Origin: Candidatus Micrarchaeota archaeon
GTDB taxonomy: Archaea > Iainarchaeota > Iainarchaeia > JAADDC01
NCBI GenBank assembly: GCA_027011045.1
Contig: JALVAT010000013.1
Location: 20,364-84,363, forward strand
Direction of reading: 5' to 3'
DNA: 64,000 bases
In this document: positions 18,000-28,657 of the stretch, piece by piece
Numbering within the stretch: position 1 is the stretch's first letter
Layout: each line of letters opens with the position of its first letter
Notes under the pieces: model-generated
Told to the model about the DNA's origin: nothing
Database searches by the model: none
The model's input: only the letters and a program-made list of their open reading frames with translations
Made by a program: the position numbers and the translations under genes

Positions 18000-19394
18000 G
18001 TGGAAACGGTGGTTCTAAGAATATACGACACACTTAGTCGTCAGAAGAAAGAGTTCAAAACGATTGAGCCGAATCACGTCAAGATGTACGTCTGTGGACC
18101 CACCACGTACGACCACTCGCACATAGGACACATGAGAACCTTTGCGTTCTTCGACGTGGTCCGCAGGTGGCTAGAGTACAGGGGCTACCGCGTCACCATG
18201 CTCATAAACATAACAGACATCGACGACAAGACCATACGACGGGCAAACGAGGAGGGGGTCTCCTTTGCAGAGATTGCTGATCGCTACATGTTCGACTTCA
18301 TAAGGGCGCTCAGATCCTTCAACATCCGGCTACCCAACATCATGCCAAAGGCCACTAGCGTCATAGCGGACATGTACTACGTCATACAGACGCTCATAGA
18401 CAAGGGATATGCGTACGTGGCCGAAGACGGCGTGTACTTCGACGTCTCCAAGTTTGAGGACTATGGGAAGCTGTCGGGCCAGAAGAGGGAGTTCCTCCTT
18501 ACGGGAGTGCGCATAGAGCCGTCGCCGTACAAGAGAAACGCGGGTGACTTCGCACTTTGGAAGCGCAGAAAGGAGGGAGAGCCCTTCTGGCATGCACCGT
18601 GGATGGATGGAAGGCCCGGCTGGCACATAGAATGTTCCACGATGATCTGGAAGTACTTGGGAGAGCAGATTGACATCCACGGCGGAGGTACTGACCTGAT
18701 CTTCCCGCACCACGAGAACGAAATAGCGCAGAGCGAAGCGTTCACAGGGAAAAAGCCCTTCGTCCGCTACTGGATGCACGTGGGCATGCTAAAGATCGAG
18801 GGCGAGAAGATGAGCAAGAGCCTGGGCAACTTCATCACCTGGTTCAAGGCCCTCGAAATGGCGCCAGCAGCGGCGTGGCGTCTCTACTACGCAACGAACG
18901 CATATCGCCAGCCCATGAACATCACGGAGCAGGGAATACACCAGGCATACGAAACGGTAAAGAGGATCTACAGAGCACAGCAGGCGCTAAGGCAGGCCAT
19001 AGCAGATAACGAGCTAGGAGATGAGAGCGTAGACGTAACGGAATACATGAAGCGCTTCGAGGACAGAATGGACGACGACTTTGACACACCGGGAGCAGTT
19101 GCAGCGATGATGGACTTCATCAACGCATTCCAAGGCAAGATATACCGGCTCAACGAGGAATCCGCAAGGACCGTCCTGAAGACGCTGGAAACAATGATGT
19201 ATATACTAGGACTGCCAGAGGTAAGCGTGGACGAGCGCACGGCAAGGATCATCGACGAGATAGTGAGGATACGGAGCGAAATGCGCAGGGAGAAGAGGTA
19301 CGACGTTGCGGACAGGATTCGCGAGGAACTCGCGGCTGCAGGCATAGAGCTGCACGATGGGAAGGAAGGAACCCGCTGGTTTGTTCTCCCGTGA
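18000..19394 (+). CDS. cysS: Cysteinyl-tRNA synthetase
   Basis: HIGH motif (HIGH at aa ~41) and KMSKS motif, class I aaRS, 464 aa. Confidence 0.9.
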   Translation: METVVLRIYDTLSRQKKEFKTIEPNHVKMYVCGPTTYDHSHIGHMRTFAFFDVVRRWLEYRGYRVTMLINITDIDDKTIRRANEEGVSFAEIADRYMFDFIRALRSFNIRLPNIMPKATSVIADMYYVIQTLIDKGYAYVAEDGVYFDVSKFEDYGKLSGQKREFLLTGVRIEPSPYKRNAGDFALWKRRKEGEPFWHAPWMDGRPGWHIECSTMIWKYLGEQIDIHGGGTDLIFPHHENEIAQSEAFTGKKPFVRYWMHVGMLKIEGEKMSKSLGNFITWFKALEMAPAAAWRLYYATNAYRQPMNITEQGIHQAYETVKRIYRAQQALRQAIADNELGDESVDVTEYMKRFEDRMDDDFDTPGAVAAMMDFINAFQGKIYRLNEESARTVLKTLETMMYILGLPEVSVDERTARIIDEIVRIRSEMRREKRYDVADRIREELAAAGIELHDGKEGTRWFVLP

Positions 19395-19425
19395 GGTTTT
19401 TAACCCCACAATTCCTTTTTCTTCC

Positions 19426-20217
19426 ATGGAGTTCGCTGAGGCAAAGGAGCACGGAGATATAACGATTGTTGGGATACCCTACGAGGGCATCCTCTCCGGG
19501 CTGCCGGGAATGCGGGAGGGGCCCCATTTCATACGCAAAGCATCCTACCTCCTGGAGTCCTACGTACCCGCCCTGGACATAGATCTCTCAGACGCAGCGT
19601 TTTCGGACATGGGGAACGTGGAACTCTTCGGGGCGCCGGAAAAGATCACGGAGGAAGTCTCCGAAGTTGTGGCGGGCATAAAGTATCCGGTTATACTCGG
19701 AGGAGACCACACAGTAACCATTGGCGTCGTAAAGGACCTCATACAGCGGTACGGACGGCTCAAGGTGCTATATTTCGACGCACACTGGGATCTCAGGGAG
19801 AGCTACGGCGAGTCCACCCATTCCCACGCGTGCACGGCTGCAAGGATTGTAGACCTGGGCGCAGAGGTAATCTTTTTCGGCATTCGATCGGGCAGCAAGG
19901 AGGAATGGGAACGGGGCAAAGGCTTCGAGCTCTACCCGGACGAAGGCATGCCGTGGCCCACGCGCTTCGGGGATGAGCCCGTCTACATAACAGTGGACAT
20001 GGACGTCTTCGACCCCGCCTTCGCCCCAGGGGTGGGAACACCTGAGCCAGCGGGGATAACACCCAAGGCATTCCTGAACTGGCTGTACGAACTGGATGCG
20101 AACATCGTAGGGTTCGACGTGGTTGAGACGAACCCCATGGTAGAGGATACGATCACCCCCGTCCTAGCCGCGCGAATAGTGAGGGACTTGATAGCAAAGA
20201 TGGCCGCGCGCAGGTGA
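19426..20217 (+). CDS. speB: Agmatinase / arginase-family ureohydrolase
   Basis: GGDHTVT, DAHWD and VDMDVFDP metal-binding motifs. Confidence 0.75.
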   Translation: MEFAEAKEHGDITIVGIPYEGILSGLPGMREGPHFIRKASYLLESYVPALDIDLSDAAFSDMGNVELFGAPEKITEEVSEVVAGIKYPVILGGDHTVTIGVVKDLIQRYGRLKVLYFDAHWDLRESYGESTHSHACTAARIVDLGAEVIFFGIRSGSKEEWERGKGFELYPDEGMPWPTRFGDEPVYITVDMDVFDPAFAPGVGTPEPAGITPKAFLNWLYELDANIVGFDVVETNPMVEDTITPVLAARIVRDLIAKMAARR

Positions 20218-20221
20218 TCCG

Positions 20222-20794
20222 ATGCTCCGCAGGGTCAAAGAGTGGGGGAGAAGGAAGCTCATAGAACACCGGCTGAGGGAATACCCGCACATAAGGGAGC
20301 ACGTGTATCCAAGGGTGGGGGAAGAGCACGCAAAGAACCTCGAGCAGGTGCTCAGGGAGCACGGACCGTGGATCGAAAATACGCTCTCCAGCCTTGCGCA
20401 GAGGGAGCGTGTCGACGCAGTGGAAAAAATAGCGCAGATCGTCAGCGGATACGTGCGGCAGAATCCGAGGCTCATCTCAAAGTTAAGACCGATCCTTCCA
20501 AGGGACGAGAGAGAACTCGCGCGCATCCTCGCCCTGGTAGAACCGCGGAAGGACCACCGAGAAATGGTGGGTCAGATCGTTCTGTACAGCCAGATCGGGG
20601 ACGAAGCCAAGAGGACAGAGATGAGAAAACTCCTCGACGTTCTCACTCCGGAGGAGAAGAAATTGCTGTGGATAAAAATCCACAACCACGCAGTCCTCAG
20701 CCTGCCACGCACCGCAATAAAATCCGTACTCAACGAAATAGCGCACAAACGCCCGGACCTGAGGGATACGGTGGAGCGCATATTATCGGATTAG
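20222..20794 (+). CDS. Hypothetical alpha-helical protein
   Basis: ORF only; no recognisable motif. Confidence 0.4.
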   Translation: MLRRVKEWGRRKLIEHRLREYPHIREHVYPRVGEEHAKNLEQVLREHGPWIENTLSSLAQRERVDAVEKIAQIVSGYVRQNPRLISKLRPILPRDERELARILALVEPRKDHREMVGQIVLYSQIGDEAKRTEMRKLLDVLTPEEKKLLWIKIHNHAVLSLPRTAIKSVLNEIAHKRPDLRDTVERILSD

Positions 20795-20942
20795 GGGAAC
20801 ACAGGCGTCTCGCAAGGAATATTAACCCACGGCACAATATGGATCCGTGCGTCGGGTGGGCCACGCCGACCTAAGGCTGTGCACGGGACCAGTACCACAT
20901 TACAAACAAATCGTGCAGCTTGGCGGGGCGTTGGTAGAATAT

Positions 20943-21908
20943 ATGGTGGACGAGCTGGGGCCCGCGGAAACGCTACGCCGATTCTCGCACCCCATTTGGT
21001 TCGAGGCAATGGCATCCGCCATGGGGTTCGAGTGGCAGTACTCCGGGGCTACAACAGTCACGATCCGAGCTATTGCGGAGGCAATACGCGGTAGGGAGGA
21101 CGAACTGGGCATACGCGTGGTGGGTGGCAAGGGGGAGCAGGCAAGAACGGCGGACAAGATCCCCGAAGAGTTAAGAGACCCAGATATCGTCACGACGAAG
21201 GTGGACTCCGCCCTGGTGCAGGATGGGTACCAAATATACTTCCACTCGATTCTCTACACGGATTCGGGGGAGTGGGTGGTCATAAACCAAGGGATGAACG
21301 TGGGGGAGCGTTTAGCACGGAGGTACCACTGGTCCTGGGACGAAGGGCGTTTTCTAAACGATGCAGAGGCGATAGCCGGAAAACGGGAAAAGCGGGTGCT
21401 CGATCTCCAAGCAAAATCGAGCAAAGAAGCCAGAAAAACAATATTGGACATTGTGCGCGACGAATCACCAAGGAAAATAGTATACCTTATCCTATCGCTT
21501 CGCCGCAGGCCAGGTCAGAGGACACTTGCTGACTACGGCATAGGCGGCACCGTAAAGGTAGAGTACATGCCCTTCGAATTCCGAATACCGCGGCGCATAA
21601 ACGAGGAGGCGCTACGCACAGCGAAAAACGCCGAAAGCTTCATCGAGCTCATAAAGACGCCGGGGATCGGCCCATCAACGGTAAGGGGCCTTGCATTCGT
21701 GGCATCCCTTGTGTACGGGGCGCCGGTCTCGTGGAAGGATCCCGTCAAGTATACCTACGCCTTCGGAACAAAGGCGGGAAAGCCGTGGATGGTGGAACGC
21801 GAGGAGATGACAAAGGCGGCTGCATTTCTCAGGAGTGCCATAGAAGAAGCAAAGTTGGGGGATAAAACAAAGAAAAGGGCCTTGGAGAGGCTCTCAAGGC
21901 TTGTTTAG
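20943..21908 (+). CDS. Conserved hypothetical protein (possibly DUF763-like)
   Basis: ORF with mixed alpha/beta composition; family assignment from memory only. Confidence 0.4.
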   Translation: MVDELGPAETLRRFSHPIWFEAMASAMGFEWQYSGATTVTIRAIAEAIRGREDELGIRVVGGKGEQARTADKIPEELRDPDIVTTKVDSALVQDGYQIYFHSILYTDSGEWVVINQGMNVGERLARRYHWSWDEGRFLNDAEAIAGKREKRVLDLQAKSSKEARKTILDIVRDESPRKIVYLILSLRRRPGQRTLADYGIGGTVKVEYMPFEFRIPRRINEEALRTAKNAESFIELIKTPGIGPSTVRGLAFVASLVYGAPVSWKDPVKYTYAFGTKAGKPWMVEREEMTKAAAFLRSAIEEAKLGDKTKKRALERLSRLV

Positions 21909-24838
21909 CCCTCAAGCTTGCGCACGACGATGCGCAGATAGTTCCCATCTATGCTGTCCTCAAGAACCTCTCCGTTAAGCTTGCGATCCTCGCTTACCAC
22001 GAGATCCTCGACGCCGGCACGGGAAGTGATCAGATCCCTGTACTCCTCAACCGCATCAACGAGCTCCCTGTCGCCCCAGAGCTCCACGAGGATCCTGTCC
22101 TTCTCCACAAGGCCCATGCGCTTGCGCATCTGCTGTATTCTGCGGAGCACCTCACGGGCAAGGGCCTCCCTGTAGACCTCCGGCGACAGCTGAGAAGGTA
22201 TTGCTACAATTCCATCGCTGAACTCCTTGGAAACGTAGCCCTCTGGAACGGCCTCTGCAAACTGCAGTTCCTTCGCATTGACGTAACGCAGGAATGCATC
22301 CTTGAACGTCTCAAAGGGCTCCCGGCGATCAGAAACGACCACCACGTGCTGCACTGGCCAGCGCAGACGTATCCCTGCGTCGTGACGCGCCGCGAGAACC
22401 GCCTCTGCAGCATCCATGACTGTGCGGAACTGCTCCTCGAGCTCTGGCTTCCTCAGATAGTCCAGGGGTTTAGGATAGTCGAACATGTGCACGCTCTCCG
22501 GACCGCCGAAGGGCCTCACAACGTCCTGATAGATCTTCTCCGATATGAAGGGTATGAAGGGCGCCGTGAGGACAACGGTACGCTTGAGAACGTCGTATAT
22601 TGTCTGGTACGCTGCAGTCTTGCTGGGATCGCCCTCCGGCAGCCTCATACGCTCACGGACGAGCTTAACGTACGTCCTGCTGAAGTCCTCCAGTATGAAG
22701 TCACGGAGCAGCTGCATGGCACGGTCGTGGCGGCGCTTGGACATGTAGTCGCGCACCTGCCCCGTGACGGTCTGGAGACGGGACAGGATCCACTGATCCT
22801 CCGGTGCAAGGTAGCTCGTCCTGTTCTTCTCCGGGTTAAACCTGAACTGGTCCACGTAGCGCTTGAGCAGCTGTGCCAGGTTCCAGTAGGTATTCAAAAA
22901 GTTGTAGTACTCCTTAACCTCCTCCCAATCGAAGCGTATATCCTCTCCCACTGGACGGGATATCAGGTAAGCGCGGAGCGTATCCCTCGTGTACTTCTCT
23001 ATGACATCCTCTGGCGCCACCACGTTGCCAAGGGACTTGCTCATCTTTATGCCGTGGACGTCCAGGACAAAGCCGTGCATGACGATGTTCTCGTAGGGCC
23101 TGCGGTCAAAGACAATGACGCTGGTGATCATCTGGGAGTTCCACCAGCCGCGCACCTGGTCCACACCCTCTATCTCAAGATCCGCGGGCCAATAGCGCTT
23201 GAAGAGCTCCTCGTTCTTCGGATAGCCAAGAGCTGCCCACGTGGTAATCCCCGAGTCGAACCAGACGTCCAGCACGTCCTGCGTCCTGTGCATCTCTCCG
23301 CCACACTTGGGGCATTTGAGGACCACCTGGTCCACCCAGGGGCGGTGGAGCTCCAAATGCTCGGGTAGCTTCACTGCCTTCTGGACAAGCTCCTCCTTGG
23401 ATCCAATAACCTCGACGTGGCCACATTTGTCACAGACCCAAATGGGCGTGGGTATGCCCCAGAAGCGCTGACGGCTGATGGGCCAGTCCCGAAGGTTCTC
23501 CACCCAATCCAAGAATCGATCCTTTGCCCATTCGGGGGTCCAGTTTACCTTCTTGGCCTCCTCGCGAATCTTGTCGTGGGTTTTCTCGTCTATGCGGTAA
23601 AACCACTCGTCCACGGATAGGAAGAGCAAGGGCGTCTTACAGCGCCAGCATATGGGGTACTGGTGCCGTACGGTGCCCGCGTGGACAAGATAGCCCTTCC
23701 TCTTGAGATCCTCTATTATCACGGGATCCGCGTCCTTGACGAACATGCCCGCATACTTGCCCGCCTCCTCCGTGTAAGTGCCGTCGATCTTCACGGGGGA
23801 GAAGACGGGAAGACCGTACTCCTGGCCCACGAGGAAGTCCTCGCGCCCGTGACCCGGAGCAGAGTGGACGAGGCCCGTACCATCCTCCATGCTCACGTAG
23901 CGCTCGGACATAACAACGATGTGGGGCATCTCACGCTGCTTTGGCACTTCCTCCTCGAGCACGCCCCGGTACTTCAGCCCCTTGAGCTGCTCGCCGGGGA
24001 ACTCCTCGAGTACCTCATAGTCCTCCCAGCCAACCGTCTGCGCAACGGCCTCCAATCTGGGCTTTGCAAGGATGTAGACGCGATCGCCTACGCGCACGCG
24101 GACGTAGGTCTCCTTGGGGTGCGCCATAATGGCCACGTTCGCCGGCAGGGTCCACGGAGTTGTCGTCCAGACGAGGAGGAACTCGTTTTCCTTGCCCTCT
24201 ACGGGGAACGCCACGAAGATGGACGGATCCTCCTTCTCCTTGTACTCAACCTCCGCGAAGGACACCACGGTACCGCAGTGGGGGCAGACGTGCACAGGAT
24301 ACTTTCCCTTGTAGAGCAGGCCCTTCTCGTAGGCCTTCTTGAAGGTCCACCAGCCAGACTCAATGTACTCGTCCCGCAGGGTGATGTACGGGTTCTCCCA
24401 GTCCATCCAGACGCCGAGGTTCTTGAACTGCTCCGTCATGGCATCTATGTGCTCCGTGGCGAACTCCTTGCACAGCTCCACGAAGCGCTCAACACCTATT
24501 TTCTCCTCGATCTCCCGCTTCGACGAAACGCCCAGCTTCTTCTCCACCTTGTTCTCAATGGGCGTGCCGTGGGTATCGAAACCGGGGCGGTCGAAGACGT
24601 CGTAGCCATTCATGCGGTAGAAACGAATGTACGTGTCCTTTAGGATCTTGTTCCAGGCAGTTCCAAGGTGAATGCGGCCAGTAGCATAGGGGGGGCCATC
24701 CATGAAGAAGAAGGGCTTTCCACCCTTTCGCATCTCCTTAACACGCCGATACACATCCTTATCTTCCCAAAATCTACGCACTTCAGACTCTACATCCTTC
24801 GTATACCTTGCCATAAGAATCCCTCCAAGGATGAGCAC
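21905..24838 (-). CDS. leuS: Leucyl-tRNA synthetase
   Basis: 977 aa; HIGH-like region P(Y)ATGRIHLG, KMSKS, CP1 editing domain. Confidence 0.9.
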   Translation of the reverse strand: MLILGGILMARYTKDVESEVRRFWEDKDVYRRVKEMRKGGKPFFFMDGPPYATGRIHLGTAWNKILKDTYIRFYRMNGYDVFDRPGFDTHGTPIENKVEKKLGVSSKREIEEKIGVERFVELCKEFATEHIDAMTEQFKNLGVWMDWENPYITLRDEYIESGWWTFKKAYEKGLLYKGKYPVHVCPHCGTVVSFAEVEYKEKEDPSIFVAFPVEGKENEFLLVWTTTPWTLPANVAIMAHPKETYVRVRVGDRVYILAKPRLEAVAQTVGWEDYEVLEEFPGEQLKGLKYRGVLEEEVPKQREMPHIVVMSERYVSMEDGTGLVHSAPGHGREDFLVGQEYGLPVFSPVKIDGTYTEEAGKYAGMFVKDADPVIIEDLKRKGYLVHAGTVRHQYPICWRCKTPLLFLSVDEWFYRIDEKTHDKIREEAKKVNWTPEWAKDRFLDWVENLRDWPISRQRFWGIPTPIWVCDKCGHVEVIGSKEELVQKAVKLPEHLELHRPWVDQVVLKCPKCGGEMHRTQDVLDVWFDSGITTWAALGYPKNEELFKRYWPADLEIEGVDQVRGWWNSQMITSVIVFDRRPYENIVMHGFVLDVHGIKMSKSLGNVVAPEDVIEKYTRDTLRAYLISRPVGEDIRFDWEEVKEYYNFLNTYWNLAQLLKRYVDQFRFNPEKNRTSYLAPEDQWILSRLQTVTGQVRDYMSKRRHDRAMQLLRDFILEDFSRTYVKLVRERMRLPEGDPSKTAAYQTIYDVLKRTVVLTAPFIPFISEKIYQDVVRPFGGPESVHMFDYPKPLDYLRKPELEEQFRTVMDAAEAVLAARHDAGIRLRWPVQHVVVVSDRREPFETFKDAFLRYVNAKELQFAEAVPEGYVSKEFSDGIVAIPSQLSPEVYREALAREVLRRIQQMRKRMGLVEKDRILVELWGDRELVDAVEEYRDLITSRAGVEDLVVSEDRKLNGEVLEDSIDGNYLRIVVRKLEG

Positions 24839-24924
24839 TCTTCACGGTGAGGAGATCAGAAGAAGCGCAGGATTTGGCAATCCCTCCTCACCACGGGAAG
24901 AATATGCCGCCGAAATATTTAAAA

Positions 24925-25386
24925 TTAGGCGGAGCGGCGGAGGAAAAACACCCCCAACCAGCCCCCGAGTATGCCCGGAAGTGCCGCCCAGTACGGCAGG
25001 AAGAAGAAGTCGTTGTAGACGGTCTGCCAGTAGGACCAGCCCATTATGCGAGCGGTGACGCCGCCCGTAAAGTGGAACGTAAGGTCGAATATGTAGAGAC
25101 CAACCCAGTACGCCACGAAGTATATGGCAAGAAGCACGGCCAGCGTCCAAACACTGTCAGACACGCGCTTACCAAGGTACTCGTCCAAATAGAGAAGACC
25201 GTAGAACGTGAACACTGCAATCACAAAGGGGAGAACGTAATGGGTCCACGTCAGGCGGTAGTGGACGTTTTCCCCCGCGTAGAAGGTAGCATTAACGTAA
25301 GATGCTACAAAGGGGTACATGGCGGCGAATATGGCATATGCAACAACCACAGCAACGAAGAGGAACAGCTCACGGCTCTTCTTCAT
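24925..25386 (-). CDS. Hypothetical integral membrane protein (4-5 TM)
   Basis: Hydrophobic ORF overlapping the next gene by 17 nt. Confidence 0.45.
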   Translation of the reverse strand: MKKSRELFLFVAVVVAYAIFAAMYPFVASYVNATFYAGENVHYRLTWTHYVLPFVIAVFTFYGLLYLDEYLGKRVSDSVWTLAVLLAIYFVAYWVGLYIFDLTFHFTGGVTARIMGWSYWQTVYNDFFFLPYWAALPGILGGWLGVFFLRRSA

Positions 25387-25738
25387 TCTTAATCACCTCC
25401 ACAGCAGTCCCGTAGGCAAAAGCCTCGTAAAACCCGTAGCCCACGCGGTAAAAGGAAATCCGGACTCCAACCACCGCGTTCGCCCCGAGCTTTCTCGCAT
25501 TCTCCATGAGGCGCAGAAGAGCCCTGTGGCGTATGCTCCTGAAGAGTCGATCATATGGCTCAGTCCTGCGCTCCGGGTGAATAAGAGATGCCAGGAACGA
25601 ATACAGGGCTGAATTCGCATGAACGGTGCCAGATGCGCTGCCTGTGACGAAACCGAGGCTCCTTCGAATGGAAAACCCTGGAATGGAGTCGGTTGAGGAA
25701 AGGAGCACGTTTATATCTTCTCCCTTCCCTTTTTTCAT
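25370..25738 (-). CDS. YbjQ/UPF0145-family protein
   Basis: ~120 aa, GFVTGSASGTVHANSALYSF... typical of YbjQ-like proteins. Confidence 0.6.
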   Translation of the reverse strand: MKKGKGEDINVLLSSTDSIPGFSIRRSLGFVTGSASGTVHANSALYSFLASLIHPERRTEPYDRLFRSIRHRALLRLMENARKLGANAVVGVRISFYRVGYGFYEAFAYGTAVEVIKNEEEP

Positions 25739-25770
25739 GTTAGGCTTGTGTTATAAGGTGCATATAAACC

Positions 25771-26745
25771 ATGGTGGTGCGAATGGAGTACGACTTGCCC
25801 TGGACGGAGAAGTACCGCCCAAAGACGCTGGACGAGATGGTCGGACAGGAGGACGTGGTGGCGCGCCTCAAGGCATACGCCGAAAAGAAGGAGATGCCGA
25901 ACCTCCTCTTCGCAGGCCCCCCGGGAACAGGCAAGACAACAGCTGCAATGGCCCTCGCGCGCGAAATCTTTGGAGATACCTTCGAGCAGAACTTCCTGGA
26001 GCTGAACGCGTCTGATGAGCGTGGTATTAACGTTGTGCGCGAGACAATAAAGGAGTTCGCGCGAACCCTGCCCTTTGGAGGTGCGAAGTTCAAGATCATC
26101 TTCCTGGACGAGGCGGACGCGCTCACGGCGGACGCCCAGCACGCCCTTCGCAGGACCATGGAGAAGTACGCAGCAACATCAAGGTTCATCCTCTCCTGTA
26201 ACTACTCGTCAAAGATCATAGAGCCCATCCAGTCGAGGTGTGCGATCTTCCGCTTCAGACCGCTTTCTGAGGATCAGATAAAGGCAAGACTCAAGTATAT
26301 TGCCGAGAAGGAAGGGCTAGAACTCACGGAAGACGGTGCTAATGCCCTTGTCTACGTGTCTGAAGGAGATATGAGAAAGGCCATAAATCTGCTCCAGGCA
26401 TCCGCCGCGCTCAGCAACAGAATTGACGAAAAGCTTGTCTTCCAGGTTGCGTCCAAGGCAAAACCACAGGAAATACGCAAGATGATGCAGCTGGCAATGG
26501 ATGGAAAGTTTATGGACGCACGAAAGATGCTCTACCAGATAATGATCGAATACGGCGTGAGCGGGGATGATGTGATCCGCCAGATGCACAAGGAGGTCTT
26601 CAACCTAGACGTGGACGACAAAACAAAGGTGAAACTCATAGACCTCATAGGAGAATACGAGTTCAGGCTTGTAGAGGGTGCTTCGGAGCGCATTCAGCTG
26701 GAAGCGCTACTGGCACAGTTTATGAGGGTTAAACCACAGGGTTAA
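25771..26745 (+). CDS. rfcS: Replication factor C small subunit (clamp loader), no intein
   Basis: Walker [13 protein letters not shown]-like DEADAL, SRC motif (SRCAIFRF). Confidence 0.85.
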   Translation: MVVRMEYDLPWTEKYRPKTLDEMVGQEDVVARLKAYAEKKEMPNLLFAGPPGTGKTTAAMALAREIFGDTFEQNFLELNASDERGINVVRETIKEFARTLPFGGAKFKIIFLDEADALTADAQHALRRTMEKYAATSRFILSCNYSSKIIEPIQSRCAIFRFRPLSEDQIKARLKYIAEKEGLELTEDGANALVYVSEGDMRKAINLLQASAALSNRIDEKLVFQVASKAKPQEIRKMMQLAMDGKFMDARKMLYQIMIEYGVSGDDVIRQMHKEVFNLDVDDKTKVKLIDLIGEYEFRLVEGASERIQLEALLAQFMRVKPQG

Positions 26746-26782
26746 ATATGAAGTCGCGATAAATAACTACGGGTGATGTGAT

Positions 26783-27442
26783 ATGCTGAGCGCACAGGCA
26801 ATATGGATCGGGTTCGTGTACCCCGCAATAATGGCGGCGATCCTTGCCGTCGTGGGCTACATAGTGGGTTGGATCGCCGAGATAATCACGAAGAAGATCC
26901 TCAAGGGTCTATATTACGAGGAGTGGTTCAAGGCGCACGGCATCGACCACGCGCTCCTCGGAATCAACACCACGGACCTCATTGCCAAGATCGTGAAGTG
27001 GTGGGTGTTCCTCGGCTTCTTCGCGCAGGCAGTGGCATTCTTCCAGCTGCCCGTGGTCGTCCAGATGGCCGCAACACTCTACGCGGCATACGTTAGCATT
27101 GCCCTTGGCATCATATACCTGGCCATCGGTGCCATCATCGCCCAGTACGTGGGCATCAAGATGAGGGAGAGCAACTTCTACGGTGGCGAGCTCGGCGTAA
27201 AGGCCGTGCAGGCAATCATCATGTATTTCGCCATCGTGACGGCCTTCCCATACTTCGGCATCAAGGACACGTACATCATAACGAAGGCCGTGGAGATATT
27301 CCTCTGGGCAGCCGCAGCAACCGTGGCCATTGGGCTAGGCATCGCCATCGGGCTCGGCGCCCAGGACGTGGTGAGGGACATTGTCAGCAAGCACAAGAAG
27401 GACATCGAGGGATTCTTCTTCGAGAAGAAGGGTGCTCGATAG
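26783..27442 (+). CDS. Hypothetical integral membrane protein
   Basis: Multiple TM helices; no assignable family. Confidence 0.45.
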   Translation: MLSAQAIWIGFVYPAIMAAILAVVGYIVGWIAEIITKKILKGLYYEEWFKAHGIDHALLGINTTDLIAKIVKWWVFLGFFAQAVAFFQLPVVVQMAATLYAAYVSIALGIIYLAIGAIIAQYVGIKMRESNFYGGELGVKAVQAIIMYFAIVTAFPYFGIKDTYIITKAVEIFLWAAAATVAIGLGIAIGLGAQDVVRDIVSKHKKDIEGFFFEKKGAR

Positions 27443-27917
27443 CGGCGCCCTTCTCAACACAAATTCTTTTTCCCACATCGAAGGGGCTATTACAACACCA
27501 CGCGTGGCCGACGAGATAAAATCAAGGGCTCCCCTAATCGAAGCGTACGTTGAAAGTGGTCTCCTGGAAATACGGGAGCCAAGGGAGCAGTCAATCGAAG
27601 AGATAAGGAAAATTGCCAAAAGCATCGGCGAACTAGACAAGCTATCGGGTGCAGACGTCGAAGTCCTTGCCCTGGCCTTGGAAACAGAGGCAACCCTCGT
27701 GACGGACGACTACCACGTGCAAAACGTAGCTGCCGCCGCAGGAATACCCTTCGAAGGGGTGACGGGAAAGATCCGAAGGGCGATACGATGGATAAAAAGG
27801 TGTACCGGTTGCGGAAGGGTCTTCCCGTATAGCTACAGGGGGAAAAGGTGCCCATACTGCGGAGGAAGAATCGTAGTCACTCCTCAAAGGCAGAGTTCTC
27901 CTCGACGTAGCGCTTAA
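27432..27917 (+). CDS. nob1: Nob1-like PIN-domain endonuclease with C-terminal Zn ribbon (16S rRNA 3'-end maturation); GTG start
   Basis: PIN-like N-terminus (VLDSGALL...TDDY) plus CTGCG...CPYCGG; the ORF-track N-terminal extension overlaps the upstream gene. Confidence 0.6.
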   Translation: MLDSGALLNTNSFSHIEGAITTPRVADEIKSRAPLIEAYVESGLLEIREPREQSIEEIRKIAKSIGELDKLSGADVEVLALALETEATLVTDDYHVQNVAAAAGIPFEGVTGKIRRAIRWIKRCTGCGRVFPYSYRGKRCPYCGGRIVVTPQRQSSPRRSA

Positions 27918-28653
27918 TCATCTGCTTGAAGTATTCTCTCTTCCAGAAGAGCGCCAGGGCGAGTAGCACCATTACCACGCCGAAGTAAAAGCCGTAGCCG
28001 GGTCTGGTAAGGAAGGATACGAGGGATGGCGCCGCAACAGGCCGGGGAATGGCGTACCTTATGAACCACTGGTTCGTGCTCATGGGCCCCTCCCAGCTCA
28101 CAATGTTCGTGCTTCGCAGGGCAGATTCCGTCTGGGGGGCGTAGGAGAGGATCTTGGCGTTCGACGGGAGGACAATCTCCACAGAGTATCCCGCCGGGAG
28201 CTCGTATGTGCCGCCAGGACCGCGGGGAAAGTGGAAGCGGTTGAGCAGATACACGAGTTCCGTGGGCTTCTCCTCCACGAGCACGGCAACGGGAACCACG
28301 TAGCGGACGGTGAGGCGGTAGACGTTATTGGACACCTTTTGCGTGTAGAGAACCACGTTACTGAGTTCCGAATAGCTGCGGCCAAGATGGAAGTCTACTC
28401 CCGGCACAGAGGCTATCCAAAGCTGGAAGGAGTATCCTGCAGTCTGGACAAGGGATTCAAAGGCATTGAGCTCGTTCTGATCGCGGAGAATGAAGAGATA
28501 ATCCTCGCGCACGTCAGCAACGCCCTTGCCGCTAACCACAGCAGTTATGGTAACGGAGGACGGTTTTAGCTGAGCTGCGGCAGACACCGGCTGTGCCACA
28601 AGCACGAAGAACGCAAAGATGACGACCGTGAGCAGCAAGAACGATGAGCGCAT
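27877..28653 (-). CDS. Hypothetical secreted protein with signal peptide and C-terminal TM anchor
   Basis: N-terminal MRSSFLLLTVVIFAFFVLVAQPVSAAA; C-terminal hydrophobic helix then KREYF. Confidence 0.4.
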   Translation of the reverse strand: MRSSFLLLTVVIFAFFVLVAQPVSAAAQLKPSSVTITAVVSGKGVADVREDYLFILRDQNELNAFESLVQTAGYSFQLWIASVPGVDFHLGRSYSELSNVVLYTQKVSNNVYRLTVRYVVPVAVLVEEKPTELVYLLNRFHFPRGPGGTYELPAGYSVEIVLPSNAKILSYAPQTESALRSTNIVSWEGPMSTNQWFIRYAIPRPVAAPSLVSFLTRPGYGFYFGVVMVLLALALFWKREYFKQMIKRYVEENSAFEE

Positions 28654-28657
28654 AGTA

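Noticed and set aside
22346-24643. Two long plus-strand ORFs (340 aa and 326 aa) antisense to leuS
   Set aside because: They lie entirely inside a well-supported aminoacyl-tRNA synthetase gene on the other strand. High GC suppresses stop codons in antisense frames, and the proteins are low-complexity (R/L/G/V-rich) with no motifs.
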